From the NCBI GenBank assembly GCA_039096225.1, contig JBBPEB010000033.1, positions 62,001-126,000 of the forward strand: 64,000 nucleotides of DNA, given 5' to 3'. The DNA is from Blastocystis sp. Blastoise (taxonomy: Eukaryota > Protista > Bigyra: Opalinata). Shown in pieces: positions 50,201-64,000 of the stretch. The first letter of the stretch is position 1; every line of letters starts with the position of its first letter. Made by a program: the position numbers and the translations under genes. A model generated the notes under the pieces. It made no database searches and had not been told where the DNA came from. It saw only the letters and a program-made list of their open reading frames with translations.

Positions 50201-52244
50201 ACAGGAATTGAATGATAAGCAATATATCCCATACCTGAATATTGAGATCCTTGACCTCCATATACAAATCCAATTCGAGGTTTCTTTACAGGAGCTTCAC
50301 CATGTACCATCTTCGCTTTAGAAAAGAATTGAGTATCTTGAGGACCTACAAATGCTGTTCTATACTTATAATTAGAACAATAAGAAGCAGCTGTAGTAAT
50401 AGCAGAAACTAAATTTTCATTAGGAAGTTGTTTCCAAGATTCAATTTGTTTATTAAGACCTTCTTCATAATGACAAGATAAAGGAAGAATAATAGAAGGT
50501 AAAGTAGTTTTATTAATAGAAATATTATTTTTATAAGTAGTAAGAATACAATTACCATTAGATCCTCCAAATCCATAAGAATTACAAGTGAGAAGAGGAT
50601 GATCTAAAGAATGAAGAGAAGAAAGAGATTCTACTTTAGTTTGAATAGTAATATGAAGTTGATTAGCATCTATTTTAGGATTTAAGACTTCATGACCAAC
50701 AGTAGGTACAAGACTATCATGATATATACATAAAGCACATTTAATAATACCAGCCATAGCAGCACCTGTTTCCATATGGCCGACATTTCCCTTAACAGAA
50801 CCAACATGTAAAGATACTTGACGTTTAGAATAGACAGCTTGTCCAAGTGTATTTCCAATAGAACGACCTTCAATAGGATCTCCTACACCAGTACCTGTAC
50901 CATGAGCTTCCATATACACAACATCACCCATATTTAAATGAGTCTTTTCAAAGGATAAACGTAATAAATTCGCTTGTTGTTCTTCAGAAGGAAGTGTGAG
51001 AGACTTTGTTTTACCATCTTCATTTATATAACAATCAACCATAGCACAATAAATACGTTGCATATTTTGAATAAGATCTTTCTTCTCAATAAGAATAGCA
51101 CCACAACCATCAGCACGAACAAACCCATTTCCTTTTACATCGAAAGGACGAGATGTTCCTGTAGGAGATAACATAGAAGCTTGACTGAATCCAATATAAG
51201 AAAGAGGAGAAAGAGATAAATTAATACCAAGAACAAGAGCACGATCGCAATCATCATTGAAAAGTGCACGCATAGCTATATATAAAGCTGTCATAGCACT
51301 AGAACAAGCAGTATCTGCTGTTAATGAAGGACCCTTTAAATCGAAAAAGTAAGAAATACGATTCGCAATATTACCTATAGTTATATTATATAATATAAAT
51401 AAATTTAATTGATATAATTAATATAATTATAATTAATAATATAAATATAATTGATATAATTATAATTTTTATAATTAATAATATAAATATAATTTTTATA
51501 ATTATAATTTTTATAATTAATAATATAATTATAATTTTTATAATTATGAAATAAATATACTATTCAAATCTTTAAAATATATATCTATATTATATTTCAA
51601 TATATCCACATAATACTTTATAAATATAATATATATATATACCTAAAGTATTTCCTTCAATAGTAAAACGATCAATACTGTCAACATCAGAATAAATATT
51701 GTAAAAGTTTTCTTGGAATCCAGCACCAACAAAAACACCTGTGTTTGAACCAATCAAAGATTCAATCTATAAGTATAGAAGATTATTTATGTAATAAATA
51801 AATATATATATATATAAAATAAAAAAAAATTAAAAACATTAAAAAAAACATATAAATCAGCATAAATACATTAATTCGAGCATCATGAAAGGTTTCATAG
51901 GCAACTTCAAGTCCAATTCTTTGTTGAGGATCCATTGCAGCAGCTTGAAGAGGAGATATTTTAAAAAATTGACAATCAAATCTATCGATATCCTTTAAAA
52001 ATCCACCTCTACTTGTAATAGACTTTGCAGGTTCCTTTGTGCCATTAGAGGAATATTCCTTAGCATTCCAACGATCACTTGGAACTTCTGAAATACCACA
52101 TCTACCATTGACGAGCATATCCCAAAATTGATCAGGAGAATTTCTAAGCATACAAATCAATCAATATAAATTTTAAAAAAGATGAAAAACGTACACATCT
52201 CCAGGGTAACGACAACCAATACCAGTTATTAAGAAGTTTTCCAT
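44203..52244 (-). CDS. Highly reducing type I polyketide synthase KS-AT-DH-(degenerate MT-like spacer)-ER-KR-ACPx3; 4 exons
   Basis: Start [37 protein letters not shown]; AT GQGSQ/GHSTG/YAFHS; [14 protein letters not shown]; [11 protein letters not shown]; [15 protein letters not shown]; three LGIDSL ACPs; no TE or R domain. Confidence 0.95.
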
Positions 52245-52386
52245 TGTTTTGTAGATAGTTTATAATGAAATAGAATGGAATAAACCTATTGAATTAGACC
52301 AAAAAAAAGAAAAAAATAATAATATTTTCGCTCACTCCAAAAACACTTCCATAAAAATCAAATAGAATTTTTAGCCATGTAATCGC

Positions 52387-52529
52387 TAACGTCATTTGTT
52401 TATCGATATCGAAAAACAATCAGCCAATGAAATGCTCTTAAAGAGATCAATTCTTATTACGTTTCTGGTCTTTTATTCTTGGAATCAAAAAATCAGTGAC
52501 GTCATATTCAAGGGAATGATCAGACGTAA
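52387..52529. promoter_or_regulatory. Cluster of CRE-like (bZIP) ACGT motifs upstream of the PKS
   Basis: Perfect TGACGTCA at 52497-52504, plus TAACGTCA (52387), TTACGT (~52457) and GACGTAA (~52523). Confidence 0.45.
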
Positions 52530-53052
52530 TGTTCATTCTCACCTTATTTTCTTAATATTGATTATGACTAACAGAATACTAAAGCAGACGATTTTAGCAA
52601 ATTATTTCCATAATTTAGTGAAGAGAATTTTATATTTTAAAAATGAAAAGCTCTATTTATCAGTTTTGTATAACTTATAAAGTCATTTTTAATAAACTGA
52701 TTCTTATCAAAAAGAGAAATAGAATATCTCTCGAAAATGATATCATGATTAAAAAGCAAATAAAGGAAATTGTGAAGAGATTGATGAAAATGTACTAAAA
52801 AGTGGATTATCTATCATGAAATGATGAATATTCGTTTTAATTATGCATAGAGATGTACTTGATGATGAATAAAACAATTAAATGCTAAAAAAAAAATATA
52901 AAGAATAAAGTTATCAATATTGTTCTTATATTAAATGATTTATAAAAACAAAAGAATGATTTAAACACAAAAAAAAAGTGGAAAAGAATAGGATCAGGTT
53001 CACATGTGTGAATTTGTTTTTCTTATATATATATATAGCAATAATAATATTT

Positions 53053-56000
53053 TTATTCATCGAATTTCAGACGTTTTGAAGGAGACTATAAACAAATATA
53101 TATATATATATATACAGAAATAAATATTAAAAATACAGTTAATAAGGATAGTTTGGCTTCCAGTTTTGATTTTTGGGGTGAAGGAGGTACAATTGTATTA
53201 AAAGGGTTGATGGTTGGTTCATTCATAGTTTTAGTTCTATAAATATATAAAATAATGATTTTATATATATATACTCTTCATGTAATTGAATAGCTTTTTC
53301 TTGAGCTTTCTTTATACGTTGTGATAAGGGTATAGAAGACGTAGATGAAGACATAGGTATAGAATCCGATTCAGAGGGATATATAGATCTATAAATAGAG
53401 AAGAATAGAAAGAGTATATAGAATAGATACGATTGACTTGAATAAACACTTGTATATCCCATAGAACTATATATATATATAATAACATAGATATATATAT
53501 ATATTCAAATTACTCGTCATCATGTATAGATCGTTTTATTGTAATCTATATATATATATATATAGAATAATAATAATATCTATATATATATATATACATG
53601 GGGTTGAATTGTTTGAAGAGTTTCTGCTAATTCAACACACATAACTTTTTCAGCCATCTATATATATATATATATATTTATTGGTTTATTAATATATATA
53701 AATATATATATTATTTATTAATAATAATCTTTATTATTTATATTCATATATACATTAGATGCAATTCGAATAGCTTTTGAAGAATGAAGAAGAGACGCAA
53801 GACCCAAAATGAGAGAATGAGAAAACGATTTGGAATTCATTTCTGAACTTATATATATACATTTATTCTAGAATCATATATATAATATATATATACTTAT
53901 ATATTTTAATAATTTCTTATCACATTCCGTATCACAATCCTCTTGGGAATCCTATTTATAATATATATATAATATATTTATAATATATTTATAATATATT
54001 TATAATATATTTATAATATATTTATAATATATTTATAATATATTTATAATATATTTATAATATGTATAATATACAAGTGCTTCGATATATTTTTGATAAA
54101 AAGGAATATAATTCTTCATCTTTGTATCATCAATAGAAATAGTTTGTGGGAAGAAATCGAGTGGTTGAGGGATAGGACGTGGTGAGGGACGTGGTGACGC
54201 AGAGGAGTTCGGAAGAGGGAGATAAGTCACACTGTGTGACTTCACAGAAATCAGCCAATGGAATCGAGCTATATATATATTGAGTATACAATAGAGTCTA
54301 GTATAATTATTATCTATAATATTCATAGATTAATACTATTATCATTCTTAATTAGTGAGTATATATAAATATATATAGAATTACTTCCATTGGTATTGAT
54401 TTTTTTATTTTTGAGTTCGGCGGCAACTGTCCAAAGGCGGGAACTGAGGATCAATCTTCTTAAAACAGAAGTACTATCATATGTATAGAAGGAATAGTGT
54501 TCATCGGACCCTACCCAAAGGAGGGATGAAGAAGGAGAAAGAGGGACAGCACCTGATTGTAATAACGTCATCGTATCACCTGAAAACAACATATAAGCAA
54601 GAGTTGCTTCTATAAATAATATTTATAATATATTTATCATATATTTATCATATATTTATCATATATTTATAATATATTTATAATATATTTATAATATATT
54701 TATCATATATTTATAATATATTTATCATATATTTATAATATATAAATAATATATTTATAATATATAAATAATATATTTATAATATAACAATAATATAACA
54801 ATAATAGAATCGCAATAATAATAGAATCAGTAAAACAATTAATTTATAAAAATACTTTCCATAGATGCTTCATTATAGATAACAAGGAGATATTGTTCAT
54901 TTCCATATATACATACAGGATCTCCAGGAAGTGAATATACAGGTAACTATATATATATAATATACAATTACTATTCCTCTATATATATATATACTTCATA
55001 TCCTGATATATGAATGATTCTTAAATATCGTTTATCGGTGGCAATTGCCCAAAATTGCCCGCCATAACCAATACAAAGAGGTTCTTCCCGCTTCCACGTA
55101 TACAGGAACTGTTCTATGGTATCATTCTCTCCAGTTGGAGTAAACATTATTGTACTAGACAGATAGGAGAATCAATAATATACATATATATATAGAGAGA
55201 GAGAAAGTAAAAATATCATAATATAATATTTGATCGTTTTTATAGATCTATACATAAAGCTTATTATAAATAGAATAAAATATGTATATATCCAAAATAT
55301 AATATATACTGAAACAAATAAGAAAAACACAAACAGATATATATTTAATAAAATAAAAGATATTCAAGAAACACAATAATGAATAATAACTATATATATA
55401 TACGATTCGATTCCTTCTGGGTTTCCATTACGAGCACGTGGTTGAGATGCAAATAGGGCCCCATATGGAGATATGGCTCCTAATTGATATAGACGATCGG
55501 TTTTGAATCGTTGTGTTTTTTTAATGGGTTGATTTGGAATAGAAAATGGAGAATTTATAGATAGAGAGGAGACAATAGGAGTTAACGATGGGTAATAATT
55601 ATACTCTATTTCCATATAATCATCACTACCATCATATCGACTGGTAATACTACCTAAATATATAAATAGAGGTATAAAGGATAGCATAGGGAATAGTATA
55701 TTATATTATTCATGCTATATTCTATAGATTCTAGATTATAGTATATATATAGATAATATAATAGAGATTATATACCGAATGTATTCCATACAAGGAATCG
55801 ACGACTATCCATATAATCAGAGGATGAAGGTTGAAGAGGAATATGAGGAGTATACTATATATATATATAGAAGGAGATAGAAAATAGTCATATAATAGAA
55901 TATATATAACATATTTAAAAAATATATTGATAAACGTGTAGAAATGAGAAGAAATACATAAAATTAACCATATAAATATATTTAAAATAAATACATATAA

Positions 56001-58018
56001 AGATAAGAAGGAGCATATAAAATAATACTAATAAATAAAACTTATATAAACAATAATATATACAGTAGGAGCAGGTTTAATATAAGGAGCTGGTTCTATG
56101 TCGTTATCGACGAAGTCTGCGTCATAAGTATCTAGATTTTCAGTAGAAAACGTATCCAAAGCAAGATCTGTAGTATTTTTATCACCCTATATATATATTG
56201 TTATTGATGACCTACATATAATTATATATATATTAATAATAATAAATATAATAAATATAATATTTATTATAATAAACATAATAGCAATTCTATATATACA
56301 TTATTTTGAGTAAGTCGTCGTCGACTGACGGTGATTGCGTCATAATCATCATCATCATCATCATTTCCGTCATCAATTTCATTCTCTTTCTCTTTTTGAG
56401 TGTTTATACTCTTTATAGATCTCGATACCTCTGTAGAATCTTTCTTTGTTTGACTATTAATCACAGAGGATGGTACTATATATATATATATATATATACC
56501 CTATAGTATATAGAAAAAAGATACATGTGTGCATGAAATCATTTGTGACTTTCTGATAGGGAGAGACGGACTTTGGTGGGATGGGATCCTGGAGTAGCGC
56601 GTAGTCTCCATCTCTATTCGTAAGAAGAATGAGATTGGACTCTAAAGATAGGGAATAGAAGAAGAAATAAATATAGGGAGATATATATATAAATAAATAA
56701 AAATATATATATAAATAAATAAATATATATATATAAATAAATAAATAAATATAATATATATATAAACATATATATATATATATAAACATATATATATATA
56801 TATATATAAACATATATATATATATATATAAACATATATATATACGAATGGCCCATGTTAAAGAAGTAATAAATGATTGTGTATTGACTTCATATACTAA
56901 ACTTTTTTCATTCAAATCATATATATATAACTATATATAATTATATATATCATTGACTTTATATACTTTTTGATCAAGTGTGCAGATAGCAAGATATCGA
57001 TCATTTGGAGACCAAGTGAGAGAGTATATAGTAGAATCAGTAGTAGTACTACTATGTGAGAGAAGTGACGGATTGAAAGAAAATAATACCTTCCAATCAC
57101 CCTTCTAGAGAAAAATGAAATAAGACTATTATTATTTAAGATAGTGAATAACATGAAGAATATACTATATTTCAATACAAATATATATATATATATAGAA
57201 TTGACAAAAATAAAGGAGAAAGACTATATAATTCATACACAAAGAATTTGTATTTCATTATTATTTGGAAGAGCTAAATATTGGCCATCATGAGAAAAAC
57301 CGAAATGGAATACACGGTCCTGATTGACGCCTGTTTTAGGAATATAAGGGAAGGAATTTATACAATGACGAGAACGCATCGACCATAATTTTATAGTACC
57401 ATCAACAGAAGCACTGACGAGATATCTACAAAATAAAATGAATTATTTTATACATATTCATATAAATACTCTGTTTTAGGGTCAAAAGAAGAGAAGATGA
57501 TACCACCCTCGTGAGCACTAAATGATGCAAAAATAGCTTTTGTGTTAATATTCACAATTTGCAATGTAGGAGAATCTGAAGAAATCGAACTATACAGAAT
57601 AAATAATTAGAAACCACTAGACATCTCGTATAAATAGTTACTTACATATATGTGTCCGTAGGATCGATAGAAAGATGACGAATTGTTAATGGCGAACGAT
57701 AAATAGTAGAAATAAATTGTCCACTAGGATAAGAATATAGATTGACATAACGGTCCTCTGTTCCAAGAACAAATTTATCGAATTTCTTTGTAAAAGAACA
57801 GCATAAAACGACAGATTGATGAGTATAAACAGGTTCATGGATACTATCATCATTAAAATCATGCTTTATAACCTATAGATATATGTAAATAATATATTTC
57901 ATAGAATTAAAGTAGTTACTTGAGAATCATAACCTGAAGTTACAAATGTATTTCCATTAGGATCTACAAATCCTTCAGTAAATCCAGGCACATGTGTAGT
58001 TATAAAGTTTAAAGACAT
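53053..58018 (-). CDS. CTF4: Ctf4/AND-1 (WD40 + SepB) replisome hub; many exons
   Basis: N-terminal WD40 repeats ([20 protein letters not shown]). SepB motif PLQPSS...[15 protein letters not shown]. An HMG box was not seen. Confidence 0.85.
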
Positions 58019-58066
58019 TTCACTTGTATTATTCAAATAATTTTAAAAAAAACAAAAGAGACTATG

Positions 58067-58078
58067 TTTCCCACCAAA
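58067..58078. promoter_or_regulatory. E2F-like site upstream of CTF4
   Basis: TTTCCCACCAAA, one mismatch from TTTCCCGCCAAA, about 50 bp upstream of a replication gene. Confidence 0.35.
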
Positions 58079-58677
58079 ATTAAAAAAAAGAGGCAACAAA
58101 TTCTGCGTTTTCTATGAAGACTCTCTTGGGATACATGTTTCCCAAAAGAGCCAGTTTTATGTAGATTTTCAAGAGCGAAAGCCAGAAGATCTAATTCTTT
58201 TAGGGTAGGTTTTTTTCCTTGGGTAGAGTCTGATGAACAGTGATTCTAAAGAAGAAAAAAATAAATGATCCTTTCAATTCATCCCTTTCAATACTTTATT
58301 GCTTTGTAATATAAGTTATTCCAACAACGTATAGTTCAAATTATCATAAAATTTCACAAATCAAAGAAAACGTTTTTTTTACCTTCCTTCAATATTTGAA
58401 AAATCATTCAATATCATGATTTTTTTATTATAATCACTTTTCTTTATATATATAAGAATAATTTTTTAATGTTCTTCAACAATGAATGGAGATCAACACC
58501 CTCAATGTATTAATAAATATTTTTAACATTCACAGATGCATTTAACACTCTCTAAAGCACGCAAAAGAAATTTAATTATAAATAAAGAATCACTTATTGT
58601 AAAATGAGTCGCAGAAAATTGTTTTAGGAATTATTTCTACAAGAAAAGAACATTTATTTTTATATTTTTTTTCGAGA

Positions 58678-61600
58678 ATGTCTGTTGCTGCTAAATCTTT
58701 ATGTAAATTGCTTAAAGCGAATCTTAATCTTAGTGCTACTAAGATTACAGAAACAACTCAAGCTATTCTTGCTAAATGTCGTCAAATTGATGAAGCTATA
58801 ATCAATGTGAAACCAGAGGATCGTAACTTTGATAATATCTTCAAGATTAGTCTTGATTATGATACTGAATGTGACATGTTATGTATTTATTTAAAAAATT
58901 ATATATGAAATTCTACTCTACGTAGGTAACTCTGTTGTTATTCCTAAACATATTTCTAACAGTGAAGAAGTACGTGATGCTGCTTGTAAAGCAGGTATTG
59001 CTTTGGATGAATACAGTGTAAGTATTATTTATTATAAAATAAAGCATTACGTAATCTATATATTATAGATTGAACGACATGGAAATGTTAAATTATATGA
59101 AGCTCTTTCTTCATTTAATGGTATATTTAAAATTATATATATATATGTTATTCTTATATTTTTAGAATCAAGAAAACAAAAAAATATTCATTATGATCCT
59201 ACAATTGAACGATATATTTCAGAAACTTTGAATAGTTTTGAGTATGAATATTTTTTTTTGATTCTCTATTGGTGTTCATTTATTTATAAATATGTTTATT
59301 TATAAATATGTTTATTTCTCTATTATATTTATGCTTTTATTCTATTTATTATCTCTTTTATATCAGTTACATATTATTTTATTGCTTTTCTATTCTATTT
59401 ATTATCTCTTTTATATCAGTTACATATTCTTTATATTTTACAATATATATATATATCGAATAGACGTAATGGAATCAGTTTACCTGAAGAGAAGCGTCAT
59501 TTGTATGAAGAGAAGAAGAAGGCTATAACAAATCTAGCTACGCAGTTCGCTAAGAATATTGCTGATGATACAAGAACTTTACATCTTTCAGAAGAAGAAA
59601 CAAAAGGTATTTTTAGTGAATCATAAGTGATCTATATATATATATTTATATATATATTCTTTCCGTTATATTTTCTATTTCTTCTTTCTTTCTTCTTTCT
59701 AATCTCTTCTTTTTATTTATTTATTCTATCTATTTAATACATCATCTTATTCTATATCTTATATGTATAACATCTCTTTATTACTCCATATAGGAATTCC
59801 CGCGGATTTCTTGGAGGGATTGAAGAAGGATGAAGAGGGTAGTTATATCTTTGAAATGACTTTTTCTCATTATAGTACTATTTTACGTTGTTGTGAATTA
59901 GAAGACACTCGTAAGAGAGCCATGCTTATGTATCAATTGAAGGGAGGAAAGGAAAATATCGATATTCTTAAGAAGATCGTGGATCTTCGTCGTGAATCAG
60001 CATCATTATTAGGGTATTTTAGTCTTTACTATTTATTTATTAATTGTTATTATTATTTAAGTCTATCCTTTTTACATTTTTTTTTGTTTCTTAATTATTA
60101 TGTTTTTTATTAATATATTATTTTTTTATTATCTTTCTTTTTTCTTATTAATATATATTTCTATATTATCTTTTTTATTTATTATATATTTCTTTATATC
60201 TTTTTTATTAAAATATATTTCTTTATTATCTTTCTTCTTTCTTTAATATCTATCTTCATTAAAATATCCATTTCTTGTTTCTCTCCTATTCTTTCTTTTA
60301 TCTTCATTTCTTCTCTATATAGTTATCCTAACTATGCCACTTTTGCTGTTAAGGACCGTATGGCCAAGACTCCAGAGAATGTCCGTCAATTTAATAACGA
60401 TCTATATACTAAGCTTTATCCTTGTGCAGTAAAGGATATTGATGCTATAAAGGCTTATAAGAAGCAGAAAACAGGATCTGATGAACTTCATCATTGGGAT
60501 ATCACCTATTACGAAAATCTTATGAGTAAAGAACTCTATAATGTATATATCTATACTATACTCTCTTAGTATCTATTTTATTACTCTATCTGAATCTTCT
60601 CTATTCTACTATCTCTTATTCATATATATACTTTATCTATAGGTAGATACTGAAGCTCTTCGATTATATTTCCCTGTTACTTATGTTGTGGATAAAGCTA
60701 TAAATATTGCTGAAACTCTCTATGGACTCAAATTTGTCAAGTATATTATTGTTTTATGTTTTCTTTAAACCATGTTCTTTTTTAAATCTAATTTTATTTT
60801 TATATTTTTTTATTCTTTAATATTCTATTCTCTATTTATGAAATCTTATTTTTTATATATTCGATTCTTTATTATTCTTGTTTTAGTTATTCTATATATT
60901 TATTATTATAAATAGATTTATTTTATTATAAAAATTTATTTTCGATATATATATATATATTATTTTTATAGATCTGCTTGTCCAAATAGTTGGGATGATA
61001 GTGTTTTATTCTATGAAGTATATAATACAAATACTGCTATCTATCCTGAAGGTACTTGTAATAAGAAGGGAGAAGTCGATGAAGGATGTGAAAATATGAA
61101 GGGATTCTTCTTTTTAGATCTTTACCCAAGAGCTAGTATATTATTGCTATTGCTATAATAATAATAATAATTATTATTATTTATTCTATATATATATATA
61201 GATAAATACAGTCATGCTTGTGCTTGTAATGTTCAGAATCCTGGTTATATTCAAGGAGACAAAGTGGTATATATACGTTTATATACTTTTCATCTTTCAT
61301 TCTTCTTTTCTTCTTTTAAATATATTCTTATTTGTTTAAATCTGTTTTTAATATTTTTTATTAAATTTATCATATATATATATGCTATCATTTGCCTTAT
61401 TCTTCTAGTTATCCTCTGTTCTTATGATATGTAACTTTAATAAGCCTGCCAAAGGAGAAACCACAGGATATTGTACTCATGATGACGTAACCACCTTTTT
61501 ACATGAATTCGGCCACTGTCTTCATCAGTTATGTACGGACGTAACGGTCAGTAGTCTTAGCGGCATGACTACACAGGATGATTTCGTTGAAGCTCCTTCT

Positions 61601-62454
61601 CAAGTATATATAAATATATATATTATTCATATTTTATATTCTATGTATTCACTTATATAATTACACTATTCATTATTTTTTTATTTGAATACAACATATA
61701 TATATATCATTTATTATAATTAATATAACAATATATATATCATTATGCTATTTATAATTAATATAACAATGTATATATCATCATATTATAATTAATATAA
61801 CAATATATATATCTCTATTCATCTTTTCTTTTAGTTCTTTGAGCGTTTTGCATGGGACAAAGAAGTTATAAGGAGTATAACAAAGCATAAAGTGACTCAC
61901 GAATCTCTTAGTGATGATCTTATTGATAGTATTATTAAAGCCAAGAACTTTAATCAAGGGTATATGTTATTACGTCAAGTACTTTATGGGCAATATGATT
62001 TCAGATTACATTCTGAACAAGTTGATGATGTTCTCAAATTATATATTATTTACTAGATATTATAGAATAGAATGATTACTCTTGTATTTTATATCTTATT
62101 CTAGAACTACTCTATTATTAATAAAAATATAATCTATAGTTATATCTTGATATGGAAAAAGCATTAAACTTATATATACCAAATGAAAAGAGTTTATTCC
62201 CTGCTGCTTTTGGTCATCTTACTTCTTCTATGTATGCTGCTGGTTATTATGGATATAATTGGGCTGATTGTTATGCTGCTGATTTCTTCGATGTCTTCAA
62301 ACAACATGGAGTCATGAACAAAGAACTTGGTACTAAGTTTAGAAAAGAAGTTTTATCTCAAGGTAATTCTAAACCTGGCTTAGAAATTGCTGAGCAATTC
62401 TTGGGAAGAAAAGTCAATCTTGATGCTTTATTAAAAGATAAAGGTTTCTTATAA
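58678..62454 (+). CDS. M3A metallopeptidase (thimet oligopeptidase/neurolysin-like); many exons
   Basis: Motifs MAKTPENV, HWDITYY, FLDLYPR, CNF, LHEFGHCLH, DFVEAPSQ, FGHL...YAAGYYGYNWA. Confidence 0.95.
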
Positions 62455-63827
62455 ACAATTAACTTCAAATAAGCTACTGTTTTTATATTACTTCAATGTA
62501 TTAATGTTTTCTTTCGTTATTTTATATTTTTGATATTTAAATCTCATCATGAATATAATCAACGACATAAATAACTATATAGAGTAGTGGTATTCGTTTA
62601 TAGACCACTATGGACATTTTGTGTTTTTTTGACCCTATTTCCCGTAAGAGAAACAACAAAATGACTGGGATTTTTTAATCAAAAATACGTTGGCCTAAAC
62701 TCGAGAAAAGAGTGTCCGCCAACTTGTCAAGTTTCTCTCTTTTTGACGAGAAAAACTTAAAAATAACTCTACAAAATATATTGTTTATTTATATAATCAT
62801 AGACATTCTAAATATTGACTATTTTACAGTGTTTTATGATTTAAAATGACTGTTTAAAACCAAAAAGACTTTAATTTTTTCTCTGAAGTCTATAATTCAG
62901 GAATGGATTACATGAGTGAGAAGTTTTTAAAATTTGTGTATTCTCTGAGTGATATATTATCATTTCAATCATTCTCGTCAAGTCCTTTTACAATATAAAC
63001 CATTATACAGCCTAAATCAACACACACCTAAAAATTTCTTCTTTTTGATTTCCCAAGGAAAAAACAATAAAATGACTTGACTTTTTTATTCATAATTTTT
63101 TAGCCTAAAGACGACAGCATTCTTTTAGCCAACTACCCTAGAAAGTCAAAACAATTAAAAATTCAAAAAAGAAAAGTAAAACAGAAGCTCTTGTTTTTGT
63201 TTATTGATTATCGTCAATAAACCTGTTTTTAAAAATATGACTTTAGAATATCATTCAGGACTTGATTTATAGTTCAGGGTATCGTTTTAAGGTTTAAAAT
63301 AGCTTTTTTAAGAGAATTCATAATTATGTCCTAAACCAAGAGGAGTTGTGCGTTTTTATCATCTCTGTTGTTAGACATACTTATACACAACATACTCAGC
63401 TTACAAAATTGTTTTTCTTGCTTGTTGTGATTTTTCACTCATTTTTGAATATTTGATTTTTAGTTTCAAAAGTGGTATAAAGTGTCTATACATGCCTGTA
63501 AGAATCGATTTTAATACTATAAAGTCAAAAATATTAAAAAAAAGTGACAGCGAAAAAAGGAGGGAAAATATACTTTTTTGAATTTCTTGATATTCCCGCA
63601 AAAATGATTTTTCTTTTAAGACCTGAAGACACCCATACGCTATTGAGCCTATTGACTTAGAAAATATTTCATTTGTTACATATTTTTTTTATTTTTATTC
63701 TATTTTTATTTGCCTTTATTTTTAAAAATAGAAGCTCATTTTAACTTCAGACTGTTCCCTTGTATGTATATTGCTATTTTTTATTCTTTACCCATATTAA
63801 CATTCTCCCATTCTCTAGCATGTATAG

Positions 63828-63904
63828 GTTCCTGCTCGTCCGTGGTTATAAGAGTCCTCTTCAGTCCATGTCAACAACGTCTATGATGTCAAACTGTTTT
63901 CAAA
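63828..63904 (+). other. Possible isolated exon of a gene running off the window
   Basis: GC-richer block bounded by TATAG| and |GTATAT; no recognisable motif. Confidence 0.3.
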
Positions 63905-64000
63905 GTATATATGTATTTATTTATTTTTATAATTATCTCTTATCTTTTTATTTTTTATATTGCTGTAATATTATATGATAAAATACTTATCGTATATTCA

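Noticed and set aside
37525-52244. DGAT2 and PKS as a biosynthetic gene cluster
   Set aside because: They are separated by makorin and PP2C, with no other tailoring genes; proximity alone is insufficient.

Overview
This is very AT-rich (about 20% GC by eye), intron-rich eukaryotic nuclear DNA. Introns are GT-AG and are often built from (TA)n or other short repeats. The gene set (He_PIG/HRM surface protein, BTB-TLDc, type I PKS) suggests a Blastocystis-like stramenopile; this is inference only. From 10.6 kb onward there are 13 ordinary genes: surface protein, BTB-TLDc, Yvh1/DUSP12-like phosphatase with a giant insertion, Vti1-like SNARE, UEV-like/kinase fusion, MORN protein, mitoribosomal mS45, DGAT2-like acyltransferase, makorin, PP2C, reducing PKS with three ACPs, Ctf4/WDHD1 and an M3 oligopeptidase. 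The first 6 kb is the unusual part. Two covarying, linker-less tRNA-like cloverleaves (392-457, 4608-4677) bracket a divergent pair of genes made of symmetric phase-1 micro-exons, which carry a few in-frame TAA/TAG codons. These are followed by a lone GC-rich hairpin, a ~0.8 kb (CCCTGG/CCTGG)n tract (probably a nanopore-miscalled CCCTAA telomere) and only the last ~130 nt of an LSU rRNA gene. All exon models were read by eye and no searches were run.
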